Below, one piece after another: positions 1 to 11,922 of a DNA stretch of 64,000 nucleotides. The DNA is from Alphaproteobacteria bacterium. Its GTDB lineage: Bacteria; Pseudomonadota; Alphaproteobacteria; Bin95. Position 1 is the stretch's first letter; each line of letters begins with the position of its first letter. The notes beneath the pieces are model-generated. The model ran no database searches and was not told the DNA's origin. It worked only from the letters and a program-made list of their open reading frames with translations. The translations under genes were made by a program, and so were the position numbers. The DNA lies in assembly GCA_965205265.1 (NCBI GenBank), contig CBDBGH010000003.1, positions 4,736,001 through 4,800,000 of the forward strand. The letters are read 5' to 3'.

Positions 1-1038
1 GAATATGTCGAGCGGCGCGCCCCGTCCTGGAAGCCGTCCACGGTGCAGGCGACCCTGAGCTACCTCGACAGCGCCATCCTGCCCGCGCTCGGCCATCTGC
101 GCGTCGGCGCGGTCGTGCGGGCCGACATTGCCCGCTTCTTCCACGACTACGGGCGGCGGAGGCCGGGCGGGGCGAACCGCGCCCATGACATCCTTCGCAA
201 CATGTTCGACTGCGCCGTCGCGTGGGGTCATCGGCCCGAGGCCGCCGGGAACCCGTGCACGGGCATCGTCCGCTACCGGCGTCCGCCGCGCGGGCGGCTG
301 CTGGGTGCGGACGATCTGGCGAAGCTGGGCGCGGTGCTGCGCGAGCGCGAGGCCGAACACCCGGTCTGCGCCGCGGCGGTGCGCCTGCTCCTGCTGACCG
401 GGTGCCGGCCGGGGGAGATTCGCCGCCTGCGCTGGTGCGAGGTCAAGCCGGACCGGCTCGCGCTGCCCGACACCAAGACCGGGCCACGCACCCTCTGGCT
501 CGGGCCGGAAGCGGCGCGGGTGCTCGCCGCGCTGCCGCGCATCGACGGCCGCGGCCGCGTGTTCCCGGGGGATCTGACATCGAGCCGGCTCTACACGTTC
601 TGGGTCGGTGTCCGCGACGAGGCGGGACTGCCGGGTGTCCGCATCCACGACTGCCGGCATACCTGGGCCTCACAGGGCGTGATGAACGGTGTGGGGCTGA
701 CCACCGTCGGCGCGCTGCTCGGACACCGCCGGCGCGAGACCACCGCGATCTACGCCCATCTCGACGACGGCGCGCTGCAGGACGCCGCCGCGCAGGCTGC
801 CGCCGTCATCGCTCGCGCCATGGGATACAGGGCCCAGCCACCGCCGCTGCCGGACGAGGCGGAACGCCGCGACACGGCGGCCGACATGCCCGCTTCCAAA
901 GCTGAGGGGCCGGCCGCGCCGGAGGGAGCGCGGACGCCCCTTCGGGTCAAAGCCAGGGACACCGGGCAATCGAAGGGAACGGAGGCGGAAGCCGGCGCGG
1001 GGGCGGTTCCCGGGAAACCAAAGCTGGAATGGTTGTGA
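1..1038 (+). CDS. Tyrosine recombinase/phage-type integrase (5' end outside window)
   Basis: The frame is open from base 1 (EYVERRAPSWKPSTVQ...). Catalytic residues: R (TGCRPGE), K (TKTG), HxxR (HDCRH), H (LLGH), Y (TAIYAH). Confidence 0.93.
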   Translation, partial: EYVERRAPSWKPSTVQATLSYLDSAILPALGHLRVGAVVRADIARFFHDYGRRRPGGANRAHDILRNMFDCAVAWGHRPEAAGNPCTGIVRYRRPPRGRLLGADDLAKLGAVLREREAEHPVCAAAVRLLLLTGCRPGEIRRLRWCEVKPDRLALPDTKTGPRTLWLGPEAARVLAALPRIDGRGRVFPGDLTSSRLYTFWVGVRDEAGLPGVRIHDCRHTWASQGVMNGVGLTTVGALLGHRRRETTAIYAHLDDGALQDAAAQAAAVIARAMGYRAQPPPLPDEAERRDTAADMPASKAEGPAAPEGARTPLRVKARDTGQSKGTEAEAGAGAVPGKPKLEWL

Positions 1039-1302
1039 GCACATTTCCAAGAGTAGGCTTCGAAAGTGGAGCCCCTTCGCGCCCACCCTCGTCCAAGACA
1101 TCAGCACGCAACGACGGCCACCCGCACGTTATCGTACGATTCGTCCGGACGGCCTCTCTCGACAATCTCCGCCTAAACGAAGATAGTCCCAGAATGCGTT
1201 CGTGCGCGAAAGCGTACCAAATGCGCCATACACCGGGCTGAAGGCCGGATGAAGGAACTTCTTATGGCCTCGGATTCGGTCAAAGTATTGGGCGGATGAA
1301 CC

Positions 1303-4300
1303 ATGGTACCAGAACAACTCGAACCACGCCTCGATCTGCTCCGCGAGGAGTATGTGCTCGTCCAAGCCTGGAAGAAGGCTGCGACATACATACGCTACCA
1401 CAATTGGTTCTCTGACACGCTCGAACTCGATCACGCGACTGTCAACCTGCCCTTGTTCATTGGCACAATTCGCGAACGTCTGCAATCTTCAGACGCTTGG
1501 CAGAATGACCCCTTGCGCCTCGTCCCTGCGCCCAAAAGCCAGCGCTGGCATGTACAGAAGGGAAGTTGGAAGCCAACTCCGAAGCCTGGACCATTGGCAC
1601 CGCTCCGACCGCTCGCCCACGTCAGTCTGGCTGATCAAGTAATCGCGACGGCTTTCATGCTCTGTCTGGCTAATCGGGTTGAAACGCAGCAGGGCGATCC
1701 GCGGTTGGCGGTGGACGATCAGGAATCCAGAAAACGGGTTATCTCATACGGAAACCGTCTCTTTTGCGATAAAGTTGGCAAACAGCTTCAGCACCGGTGG
1801 GGATCTGCCAAGCTTTACCGCGCCTATCATCAAGACTACCGTAAGTTTCTGTCTCGTCCGCGAGTCGCAGCCGAAGAGATGCCGGCTACTGTAGGAGGGT
1901 GTCTCTATGTCATTCATGCGGACCTCGCCCAATTCTACGACCGCATACGTCCGAGTTTTCTTGCCAAGGCGCTCGATCGCATTCGGCAAGACGGAGACGA
2001 TACTGCGTTCTACTCTCTGGCCGCATCCGTGCTCAACTGGAGTTGGCATGTCCACGACAAAACAGATGTTGGACGCTACGCTAAACAGGTGGATATCCCC
2101 GATTTCACGCAGATAGCGTTGCCGCAGGGTCTTGTTGCCTCGGGGTTCTTCGCGAATGTCGTGCTTCTGCCGCTGGATGATGTGCTGCGCGCGGCGGTCG
2201 GAACGGAAATTTCCCCTGGGATTCTTCTGGCAGACGCCTGTCGGTATGTGGACGATTTGCGGATACTGGTCTCAGTCGACCGCAATCCAGATATCTCGTT
2301 GACCGAACTCAAGGGCGAATTGACCCGCTGGCTTGATGCAACTTTGGGAGAGAAGACCTGCGGTCTCAAGTTATCCCGTGACAAGACCGAGATTGCCACG
2401 CTCGGAGGAGACGAGCGCCCCATAGTACGGCAGAGCGCGAAAATGGACCGCATTCAGTCTGCCGTGTCTGGGGGATTCGATGCATTTGGCGGTCTGGAAA
2501 TCCTTGATGCCATTCAAGGTCTGATGCGCACGCAAGAAGTCTTGAGCGGTCAGAATGATGATGGCTGGTCGTTTTCTCCGCTTCCGGATGTGCGCGACGA
2601 GACGGTCGACAGATTCAGCGCAGACCGATATCGGAGAACGTTCCGTTCCATCAGGCCGCTACTGGATGACGATCCACCGGATGAAGTTAAACAGCATATA
2701 GACGATACCAGTCCAGATAAGCGTATGCGCTTGGCCCGGACCCGTCGAGAGTGGGACGAGAATGCCCAAGTATTTGCGCTGAGTCTGGTGAAGCGGTGGG
2801 CTGACGACCCATCGAACGTCCGACTTCTCCGAATCGGGCTCGACATTTGGCCCGACGTAAAGCTGCTGCATGAGGTGCTATCGCGGCTCCGTCCATTCAC
2901 TGAAAAGGGAGGACAGCGAGGAGCGCCGCGACGAGTGGCTTGGTATTGCCTTGCTGAAGTTCTCCGTGCGGGGGCGACCGAGACGGGGCTTGTCGAAGAT
3001 GCTGAAACGCTTCCGTCAAAGGTCGACCTTGACGCCTACCGGATGGAACTACACGACGAAGCTGTGCGGCTGCTGAATCTGCCGGGGCAAACAATTCCTT
3101 GGTATCTCCGACAGCAAGCGCTTTTGTTTCTCGCCGCCTGCGACCCGCGGCAAGCACCTGTCAAGTGGACAAGAGCAGGGCCAGAGACTCGGCACTACGA
3201 GGACATGATCCAATTCCTGCGTGGTGAAGGTTCTCGTCTCACCAGGAGTTCAGACTTTTCAACCCTTGCGGTTCTCGCCAGACGGACATTCGTAGGACGA
3301 GAACAGGCCGTTGCTCTGACGAGACCTGGCCTCGATCTGTCAAAGATGCGCCAACTTGCTCGGCACGATCCGTCGTTTCTTCTTGAACTCCTGGAGGATA
3401 AGGTGAGCCTCTCACTCCTCGCCGAAGACCTTCCGCCATGGCTTCGCGAGGATCTTTGCCTGACTGCCGAACTCCCTCATGGAGATTATGACGTGCTGGA
3501 CAAGGCGGTCCTGCGGACGTCCCCAGATAATCCACTCCGCAACGAGCTTTCACTCTTGCGTTTCGCGAAAGTTTTCCTCGAACAGTGGGAGAAACTGGGG
3601 CATCCAGTCCCTGTGATCACACCAGGACAGGTCGCTCTGAAACTCAGCGAGGACCACGGTGTCGCCGAGGTGGCAGGCGTGGAAATTTCCGAGAACCAGG
3701 CTGACATGTCGACCTCCATGTACGAAGTGCCTACGTGGTGCAGCGACAGCGAACGGTGGCGTTTTCAACTCGGTTTTCTGCTGCGGTTCGTCCTGTCTCG
3801 GCACCCTGACTTCACACGTCCAGTGCGCAGGAGCAATTGGAAGGAAGCCAGATCGGCGTATCGACCGGCCGAAAGCCACTGGTACCAGCGGTTGTACGGT
3901 CTCTACAGCGGGCAGCAGGCATTCGGGGACGACTGGTTGCCCATCACCGACTGGTTCGAAGGATTCCTGCTGGCGCTCCTGCGCTGGCCCGGATGCCGTG
4001 TTCCAAGTGAGTTCGACTGGATCAAGCAAGGCATCAAGCAGGCAAAGTTACAGATCGACGAAAGGATTGCCCATCTTGAGGATCGCCGAGGTGCCGCCAC
4101 GTGCGCGCTCATCCTGCCGTTGCGGAGCAGAGGACCGACTGATGAGAACGTGAAGAGACCGCTGCGGGCCTGTGTGGTCCAGACGGTGGTTCCGAACGAT
4201 CAACACTTCAAAAAATGCGATCTGGCGCTTGATGGTTCAGCAATACGAAGAAAGCATCGCAATCACCTATCGGCTGCGCTGGCAGCGGTGGAACGCATGC

Positions 4301-5058
4301 TGCGCCTGAGAGAAACCCATAAAGGTCGTGATGAACGGCTCGACTGGCTGATTCTGCCTGAACTCGCTGTTCATCCGAGTGATGTTCGGACCCATCTGGT
4401 TCCGTTCGCCCGGTCTCACAAGGCGATAATCCTTGCCGGGTTGACCTATGAAGAAGTGCTGCGGGGACAACCGCTGGTCAACTCTGCGCTTTGGGTCATT
4501 CCGGAATGGTCGGACGACCGCGGGTTGCAGATCAAGACTCGACGCCAAGGAAAAATGCATCTTGCCCAGGATGAAAAGGAACTCAATGCATGCGGCACCG
4601 AGCTCTTGCGAGGCTTCCGGCCCTGCCAGTGGTTGATCGGATATCAGTGGTCCAACAAGGATGAGCCGATTTGGCTGACCGGAGTCGTCTGTTATGACGC
4701 TACGGATATCGGCCTTGCTGCGGATCTCAGGAACGAATCCGACATTCTGGCAATCCCTGCGCTCAACAAGGACATCAAGACGTTCGACCAGATGGCCCTA
4801 GCCCTGCATTATCACATGTTTCAACTCGTGATCGTCGCCAACAATGGAAAGTACGGCGGCAGCAACGCCTACTGGCCAAAAACGGGTCATGCCAAACAGG
4901 TTTTCCACACTCACGGCCAGCCGCAGGCTGCGGTCTCGTTTCTCGAAATCGATGATATTGGCGCGTTCCTGGCGCGCCATGACGGGTCGGGCGCGAATGC
5001 AACCGACTGGAAGCACCTTCCTGCCGGTGGACCGAAATCGACGAGAGGCTCACCGTGA
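1303..5058 (+). CDS. Reverse transcriptase-nitrilase fusion, defence-associated RT (DRT1/UG1-like)
   Basis: 1251 aa. RT motifs HADLAQFYD, LPQG and RYVDD. C-terminal carbon-nitrogen hydrolase domain with an E-K-C triad (LPELAV, RQGKMH, VCYDATD). Confidence 0.9.
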   Translation: MVPEQLEPRLDLLREEYVLVQAWKKAATYIRYHNWFSDTLELDHATVNLPLFIGTIRERLQSSDAWQNDPLRLVPAPKSQRWHVQKGSWKPTPKPGPLAPLRPLAHVSLADQVIATAFMLCLANRVETQQGDPRLAVDDQESRKRVISYGNRLFCDKVGKQLQHRWGSAKLYRAYHQDYRKFLSRPRVAAEEMPATVGGCLYVIHADLAQFYDRIRPSFLAKALDRIRQDGDDTAFYSLAASVLNWSWHVHDKTDVGRYAKQVDIPDFTQIALPQGLVASGFFANVVLLPLDDVLRAAVGTEISPGILLADACRYVDDLRILVSVDRNPDISLTELKGELTRWLDATLGEKTCGLKLSRDKTEIATLGGDERPIVRQSAKMDRIQSAVSGGFDAFGGLEILDAIQGLMRTQEVLSGQNDDGWSFSPLPDVRDETVDRFSADRYRRTFRSIRPLLDDDPPDEVKQHIDDTSPDKRMRLARTRREWDENAQVFALSLVKRWADDPSNVRLLRIGLDIWPDVKLLHEVLSRLRPFTEKGGQRGAPRRVAWYCLAEVLRAGATETGLVEDAETLPSKVDLDAYRMELHDEAVRLLNLPGQTIPWYLRQQALLFLAACDPRQAPVKWTRAGPETRHYEDMIQFLRGEGSRLTRSSDFSTLAVLARRTFVGREQAVALTRPGLDLSKMRQLARHDPSFLLELLEDKVSLSLLAEDLPPWLREDLCLTAELPHGDYDVLDKAVLRTSPDNPLRNELSLLRFAKVFLEQWEKLGHPVPVITPGQVALKLSEDHGVAEVAGVEISENQADMSTSMYEVPTWCSDSERWRFQLGFLLRFVLSRHPDFTRPVRRSNWKEARSAYRPAESHWYQRLYGLYSGQQAFGDDWLPITDWFEGFLLALLRWPGCRVPSEFDWIKQGIKQAKLQIDERIAHLEDRRGAATCALILPLRSRGPTDENVKRPLRACVVQTVVPNDQHFKKCDLALDGSAIRRKHRNHLSAALAAVERMLRLRETHKGRDERLDWLILPELAVHPSDVRTHLVPFARSHKAIILAGLTYEEVLRGQPLVNSALWVIPEWSDDRGLQIKTRRQGKMHLAQDEKELNACGTELLRGFRPCQWLIGYQWSNKDEPIWLTGVVCYDATDIGLAADLRNESDILAIPALNKDIKTFDQMALALHYHMFQLVIVANNGKYGGSNAYWPKTGHAKQVFHTHGQPQAAVSFLEIDDIGAFLARHDGSGANATDWKHLPAGGPKSTRGSP

Positions 5059-5106
5059 AGTTCTTGCAACCGTGCCTAACCGCCCGCCGCTGTACTATGC
5101 TTACTC

Positions 5107-5574
5107 TCAGAGTCCTGAATGACCGGACCCATAAATTGCCGGATGCATGGCGACGATACACTCGGCAATCAGATCGCCCACCAACGCGGCCTGATCTGAG
5201 TCGCCCGGCGGCAGACCAGTGATTTCGGCATGCGAGGGGTCCGCTTCGAAACCGTCTTCGGCCTCAAGCGGGTCATGGACAATACGCAGCGTATCGAGTT
5301 CTTCTGATACTGCCTGCAGGATTGTATCGACATTGAGTTCCGCGAACCGCCCGTTTGGCCTTACGCGAAGGCGGAACAGGCGTCGCACTTCGTTCAACCG
5401 ATGCTCTTTCTTTCCTGGAAAAGCCTCAAGCCAGTTGACCGACAAGCCGGTCTCGTCCGGCCTGACCGCACGCACACGGAAATCCGAACCGTCCACGACC
5501 CCATCCTCCAGGATCATGCTAGGTTTGACGTAACGGACGACATGGTCGTCCGCAGGCAGATCATTGCCCTTCAT
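5107..5574 (-). CDS. Putative ADP-ribosyltransferase/RES-like fold protein (155 aa, MKGNDLP...)
   Basis: The ATG overlaps the upstream stop (ATGA). The pattern VVRY...GLSVNW...PSHAEI resembles the R-S-H layout of RES/Tse2-like ART folds. The fold call is an inference. Confidence 0.55.
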   Translation of the reverse strand: MKGNDLPADDHVVRYVKPSMILEDGVVDGSDFRVRAVRPDETGLSVNWLEAFPGKKEHRLNEVRRLFRLRVRPNGRFAELNVDTILQAVSEELDTLRIVHDPLEAEDGFEADPSHAEITGLPPGDSDQAALVGDLIAECIVAMHPAIYGSGHSGL

Positions 5575-6176
5575 TTGTAGAACAGTTCGCCCAGATCGAA
5601 GGCCTCGATCTGCCGCAATACAGTCCCAAGGGAAGCGCGCCCGGCAACGCGCGGCCTCTGCCGTTCGGATCCGTTTCGCCCGAAAATCACATATTGTGCC
5701 ATTCCGTCGCCTAGAAACTGCAATCCGATGCGGGAGCCTAGGCTGTCCTTCCAGACCGCGCGGAGGTTGCCGTTGTCCATCAGCACCAAGCCTCCCCTTC
5801 GGATGCCCGAAACGAAACGAACGAATTGCCAAAAATCCGCTTCGGAGTCCTTGTTCAATGGATAGCCATCATGGGCAGCCTCGTTTCGCAAGTATTCTAT
5901 GCGCGATCTGTAGGAGGACTCAAAATTCTTCTGCGCCTTGCATGCCCTCCCCGCGAAATCGACGATGCCAGGACTTGCCTGTGACTCGTCACACACAGAC
6001 GCATTGGACGATTCCTTGACAGATCGTATTGGGCGCCATTTAACTCTCGGAGGGTAATCGCCATCGTCGATTTCAATAGCTCCACCTCCATGGATGCCAA
6101 GGGTCTCCAAGGGTACGGCGCTTGCCAAGCTGTCCAGCCTCCCAGCCTGTCCGGCCCTTGCATGTTCGGTCGCCAT
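5571..6176 (-). CDS. Hypothetical protein (201 aa), possible partner/antitoxin of the downstream ART-like protein
   Basis: Coupled on both sides (TAATG at 6176, ATGA at 5571-5574). Globular-looking C-terminal part LVLMDNGNLRAVWK...IGLQFLGDG. Confidence 0.65.
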   Translation of the reverse strand: MATEHARAGQAGRLDSLASAVPLETLGIHGGGAIEIDDGDYPPRVKWRPIRSVKESSNASVCDESQASPGIVDFAGRACKAQKNFESSYRSRIEYLRNEAAHDGYPLNKDSEADFWQFVRFVSGIRRGGLVLMDNGNLRAVWKDSLGSRIGLQFLGDGMAQYVIFGRNGSERQRPRVAGRASLGTVLRQIEAFDLGELFYK

Positions 6177-6772
6177 TATTCCTCTCCCAGTGCGGCTTCC
6201 AGCAAGGGGACAAAAAGCACGGACCCACGCGCCCCCTTTCCGCCTGCGACGCCTGTCTCGTAGCCTTGGCCGCCATCGCCACCATCACCGCCACTACCTA
6301 TAGTTACTTCGAACCGGTCGCCGATAGACAGGTCGTCAAACTCGACAATGAGCGTTTCCCCGGGATAACCCTTTCCGCCATCGCCCCCGTTGGACCGAAG
6401 GCGGCTATCGGCAGCAAGCGCTTTCCCGCCCTGTCCTCCATCGCCACCGTCGCTGTGGAGACATCCTACTCCTTGTGCGCCTGTGACAGGTTTGCCTTCA
6501 TCCAGACTCCCGCCCCCGCCGCCAGCGCCCCCATTGCCGCCGCCCGCCTGCCAGATTTCCTGCTTGCGCTTGACGCTGGTCGCGTCGCCGCCGCCGCCGC
6601 CGCCGCCGCCGCCCGCACCATAAATCGTCAGGCCATCAATGCAGAACGATCCGCCGCCACCACCACCGCCGCCAGCGGCTCCGCGAATAACGAGCAACCC
6701 CTGCTTAGAAGCCCATGGCCATTCGAAGGCACCCGATTCCACAATACGTTCAAGTCTGACTGTTGGCATCAC
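6176..6772 (-). CDS. Glycine-rich domain protein (198 aa; GAGGGGGG / GGxGGxGG repeats)
   Basis: GGAG RBS upstream. Poly-Gly stretches are flanked by beta-strand segments (LLVIRGAAGG, FEVTIGSGG, GSVLFVP), the layout of polyglycine-II glycine-rich domains. No signal peptide seen. Confidence 0.75.
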   Translation of the reverse strand: MMPTVRLERIVESGAFEWPWASKQGLLVIRGAAGGGGGGGGSFCIDGLTIYGAGGGGGGGGGDATSVKRKQEIWQAGGGNGGAGGGGGSLDEGKPVTGAQGVGCLHSDGGDGGQGGKALAADSRLRSNGGDGGKGYPGETLIVEFDDLSIGDRFEVTIGSGGDGGDGGQGYETGVAGGKGARGSVLFVPLLEAALGEE

Positions 6773-6814
6773 ATGGCTCCTGGACGGATGATGACCAGAT
6801 CAACCCGATGTCGG

Positions 6815-7921
6815 TCAAGCCCTCTCTCTCAGCAGACGAGATATGAGCGAGCCGGACAGCGCCGTTGCGATCTTCGTTGCGAGTCCGTCTTTGCCCGTCA
6901 TCCCGTAAGCCTGACTAACGAGAGCGGCAAACGCGCGCTGTTTATCGAGCGGTGGAAGAACTAGCTGCGTCATCTTCAGAAAACGGTAGTGTCGGCTGTA
7001 ACCCGCGTCCTTGATGTCGAGGGTTTGGCACTGACCGAATAGGAATACCGGATCGAGCAGACTGGTCTTGGGTTCAAGCAACTTCACCCCATCCGCACCC
7101 AAAAAGAAAGGCTCTTCGATCAGCTTGAACCGCCTCGTGTGGTCGCCGAATACTACAGAGGGAAACGGGCCATCGAATGCGCCCTCGGCCCGATCAGTAT
7201 ACCCTCCGACCTGCGACCGGCCTTGGTCGATTATCTGCACCAGACCATGAAACCGATAGTCTCGCTTCTGGATTTTTATGCATTTCTTCGTACCATCGGA
7301 TACGAGGTCCAAAAACGGATATAGGTTCCACTCCATCGGGTTGGTAGCGGGATCGCCGAACATCTTGACGAACAGCGCGGGGATGAACTCCCGCATCAAC
7401 TCCTGCGCCTGGTTCCGCAACCGCTCGATCCTGGCCGCCCGGTTCAGGATGCCGACGATCCGCCGCTGCTCGGCAAGCGGCGGGAGGGGGATTTGTAAGC
7501 TCAATAATGATCTTGGTTTGATGCGTTCTCTACTCTTCGTTGCTGCCGCCGTAGCAACGGGAAGTTCCTGGAGAATGGTTGGAACCCGTAATCTCCACCC
7601 GAGGTATTCCAGATCCAAGTGACTTTCGTTAGGGATAAGACAAACGAACTCAGTTGATGCAATTCGCTGGGCCGACTTGGTTTTCCTGAATATCCATACC
7701 CGATTGATGCGTGGGTTTAACTTCGAGAATAAAACTCCTTGATCAGGAAGCACTGTTTTGTTGCTTTTTATATCCGTTCCCATCAATGACTCCGGTGTTT
7801 GATCGTTATCAAATCCGGGAATACTATATAATTCAAAGAGAGTATTAGGATGCTTTCTCGGGTCCACTGAACCACGCACCATACGGGTTACGTCACCAAT
7901 CGGAACTTTAGACCAGGTCAT
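6815..7921 (-). CDS. hsdS: Type I restriction-modification specificity subunit
   Basis: Starts MTWSKVPIGD with an ATGA overlap on the hsdM stop. Two TRDs with conserved IPLPPLAEQRRIV and VLPPLDKQRAF, and FVKMFGDP. Confidence 0.93.
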   Translation of the reverse strand: MTWSKVPIGDVTRMVRGSVDPRKHPNTLFELYSIPGFDNDQTPESLMGTDIKSNKTVLPDQGVLFSKLNPRINRVWIFRKTKSAQRIASTEFVCLIPNESHLDLEYLGWRLRVPTILQELPVATAAATKSRERIKPRSLLSLQIPLPPLAEQRRIVGILNRAARIERLRNQAQELMREFIPALFVKMFGDPATNPMEWNLYPFLDLVSDGTKKCIKIQKRDYRFHGLVQIIDQGRSQVGGYTDRAEGAFDGPFPSVVFGDHTRRFKLIEEPFFLGADGVKLLEPKTSLLDPVFLFGQCQTLDIKDAGYSRHYRFLKMTQLVLPPLDKQRAFAALVSQAYGMTGKDGLATKIATALSGSLISRLLRERA

Positions 7922-8405
7922 TCGCCCACCTCTCGCACCGCCTTGGCCAGTTCGTCGATCTCGCCCAGGATCTGCGTCTCGATTCCCCGCAACTCGTCCA
8001 GGATCTCCAACGGATTCCGGTGCTCGACCTTTGCCCGGCTCAACGGCCGGTGCCGGTTGGCGCTCAGGTTGAAGTCGGCGGCGCGGATGGCGTCGGCCTC
8101 GGCGAACCACCAGTTCCCGGTCCAGTCGGCTTCCGGGTCGCTGTCCCGCCATTGCTTCCAGCATGCATCCCGGTCCCGGAAGGCCGTGATCAGGCCGGGC
8201 AGGTCGTCCGCGTCGACAGGCGTGTCGTGGTTGGCGTCGAGCTTGTAGCCGTCGTTCTCGGTGTGCAGGAACATCACCCGTTCGGTCGTTCCACCCCTGG
8301 CGAAGACCAGAAGCGAGGTCTTGACGCCGGAATAGGGGTTGAACACGCCGCCCGGCAGCGACAGCACCGCCTCCACCCGGTTGTTCTCGACCAGCCGGCG
8401 GCGCA
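7918..8405 (-). pseudogene. hsdM: C-terminal fragment of type I R-M methyltransferase, cut by IS21
   Basis: RRRLVENNRVEAVLSLPGGVFNPYSGVKTSLLVF...DFNLSANR is typical HsdM C-terminus. The frame runs into the IS21 end, and the SAM-binding and NPPF motifs are absent from the window. Confidence 0.88.
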
Positions 8406-8587
8406 TGCGGCGCGACAATCAGCTTGAGACGCTGGCGACAATCAGGATGAGACGGGGGAAGGCGGCGGCCCGGAACGGAGGGAGGGCGTAGCCCGACCGG
8501 AGTTCCGGGCCGCCGCCTCAAAAAATTTTTCCTGGACCTTCTGGCGGGGTCGGTCGGCTGGGCGAACGGTGACGTTTTTCCGAGTAG

Positions 8588-10935
<2,348 letters not shown>

Positions 10936-11196
10936 ACCGCTGCCGCCAGATCGGCCCAGCGGCCACAACACTCACGGCCCGCGGGAATCGCCTCCGCGGG
11001 CCGTCTCTTCTCCGACCCGACGGCCCCCCCGCGACAATCAAAACGCTCTCCGAAAACCCTGTTTGTCGCGCCGCGACAATCAAAATCCGAAACCGCTTGC
11101 AATCCGCGCCCCGCGCGACAATCATCAACTCGCCGATGCCGCCGGGGAATCTCATCCTGATTGACGCGCGGCTCTCACCCAGATTGTCGCGCTATA

Positions 11197-11362
11197 CCTG
11201 GGGCGCCTTCATGGCGTGGGCTATGTGCCAGAGCACACTCAGGGCGGCCGGGGGGATGGGTACCGACTGCCGGGCGGCGATGAGGGCGGAGGGCACGTTA
11301 AGGACGACGACGTTGTGGTCGTTGTCGCTGCGCGCTGCTGCCCCGGAGGCCGTCATCACCAT
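11197..11362 (-). pseudogene. N-terminal 55 codons of a gene truncated by IS21, possibly a Rep_3/RepB-type replication initiator
   Basis: Not in the ORF track. Reads MVMTASGAAARSDNDHNVVVLNVPSALIAARQSVPIPPAALSVLWHIAHAMKAPQ and stops just inside the IS end. Preceded by a sigma70-like promoter and an iteron-like array. The Rep call is inferred from context and loose similarity. Confidence 0.5.
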
Positions 11363-11379
11363 GCCGCCTGCATCTGCAA

Positions 11380-11408
11380 ATTATCCACGGGCGGCGTGAA
11401 AGAGTCAA
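11380..11408 (-). promoter_or_regulatory. Sigma70-like promoter with overlapping DnaA-box-like and GANTC sites
   Basis: Minus strand TTGACT-N17-GATAAT. TTATCCACG at 11381-11389 matches TTATCCACA at 8/9. GAGTC at 11402-11406 lies in the -35 element. Confidence 0.6.
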
Positions 11409-11656
11409 TAAACACATAACGCGCTGCATATCTATTGATGCGGGGGGTTCATATATGCCGGGCGGGAGGGGGTGGTTTCTACAGTGGATCATTCGTCGTG
11501 GCCATTGGGGTTAAATGCGGGCAACGCTCCGGCCGATTCAGGCCAGCGAGGGTCCAATAGCATGCTGTGTGAGAGCGGTCAAGTCATGGGGTGGTTAAGT
11601 TGTCCATTCAGGGTTAATTGGGCTGATAGCGATGGATCATGGTTGCTGTATGGGGT

Positions 11657-11902
11657 TATTATGTCGTTCATCCGGGGTGGAATAGTCCAAACAGATGGGT
11701 GATGGATGTCTGACGGGGTGTTTATGTCGTGCAGGCGGGGTGGAATGAAAAGGTCGCACAGATAGGGTGGTATGGTAATGCAGACAGGGTGGCATAGTCG
11801 CTTACTTGGGGTGGATCGGTCGTGCAGACAGGGTGGAAAAGTCATACAGACGGGGTGTTTATGTCGTGCGGACAGGGCGGCGAGGTCGTTCAGACGGGGT
11901 GA
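11657..11902 (+). repeat. Iteron-like direct repeat array (about 11 degenerate copies, about 22-bp period); probable plasmid oriV
   Basis: Consensus GTCGTNCAGACRGGGTGG, e.g. gtcgtgcaggcggggtgg, gtcgcacagatagggtgg, gtcgtgcagacagggtgg, gtcatacagacggggtg, gtcgttcagacggggtg. Confidence 0.75.
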
Positions 11903-11922
11903 AATGGCACCAATTGTCTATA

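Noticed and set aside
1303-5058. Group II intron, retron or DGR reverse transcriptase
   Set aside because: It is fused to a nitrilase domain, and no intron domain V, msr-msd inverted repeats or TR/VR pair was seen.
6815-8521. 568-aa ORF as a long HsdS
   Set aside because: The N-terminal 200 aa is off-frame read-through of hsdM and the IS end; the real start is the ATGA overlap at 7921.
11020-11130. GCGACAATCA repeats as a separate regulatory array
   Set aside because: They are the normal subterminal transposase-binding repeats of IS21-family ends.
11657-11902. Possible CRISPR array
   Set aside because: Repeats are degenerate and nearly head-to-tail with only a few bases between them; there are no unique 30-40 bp spacers and no cas genes.
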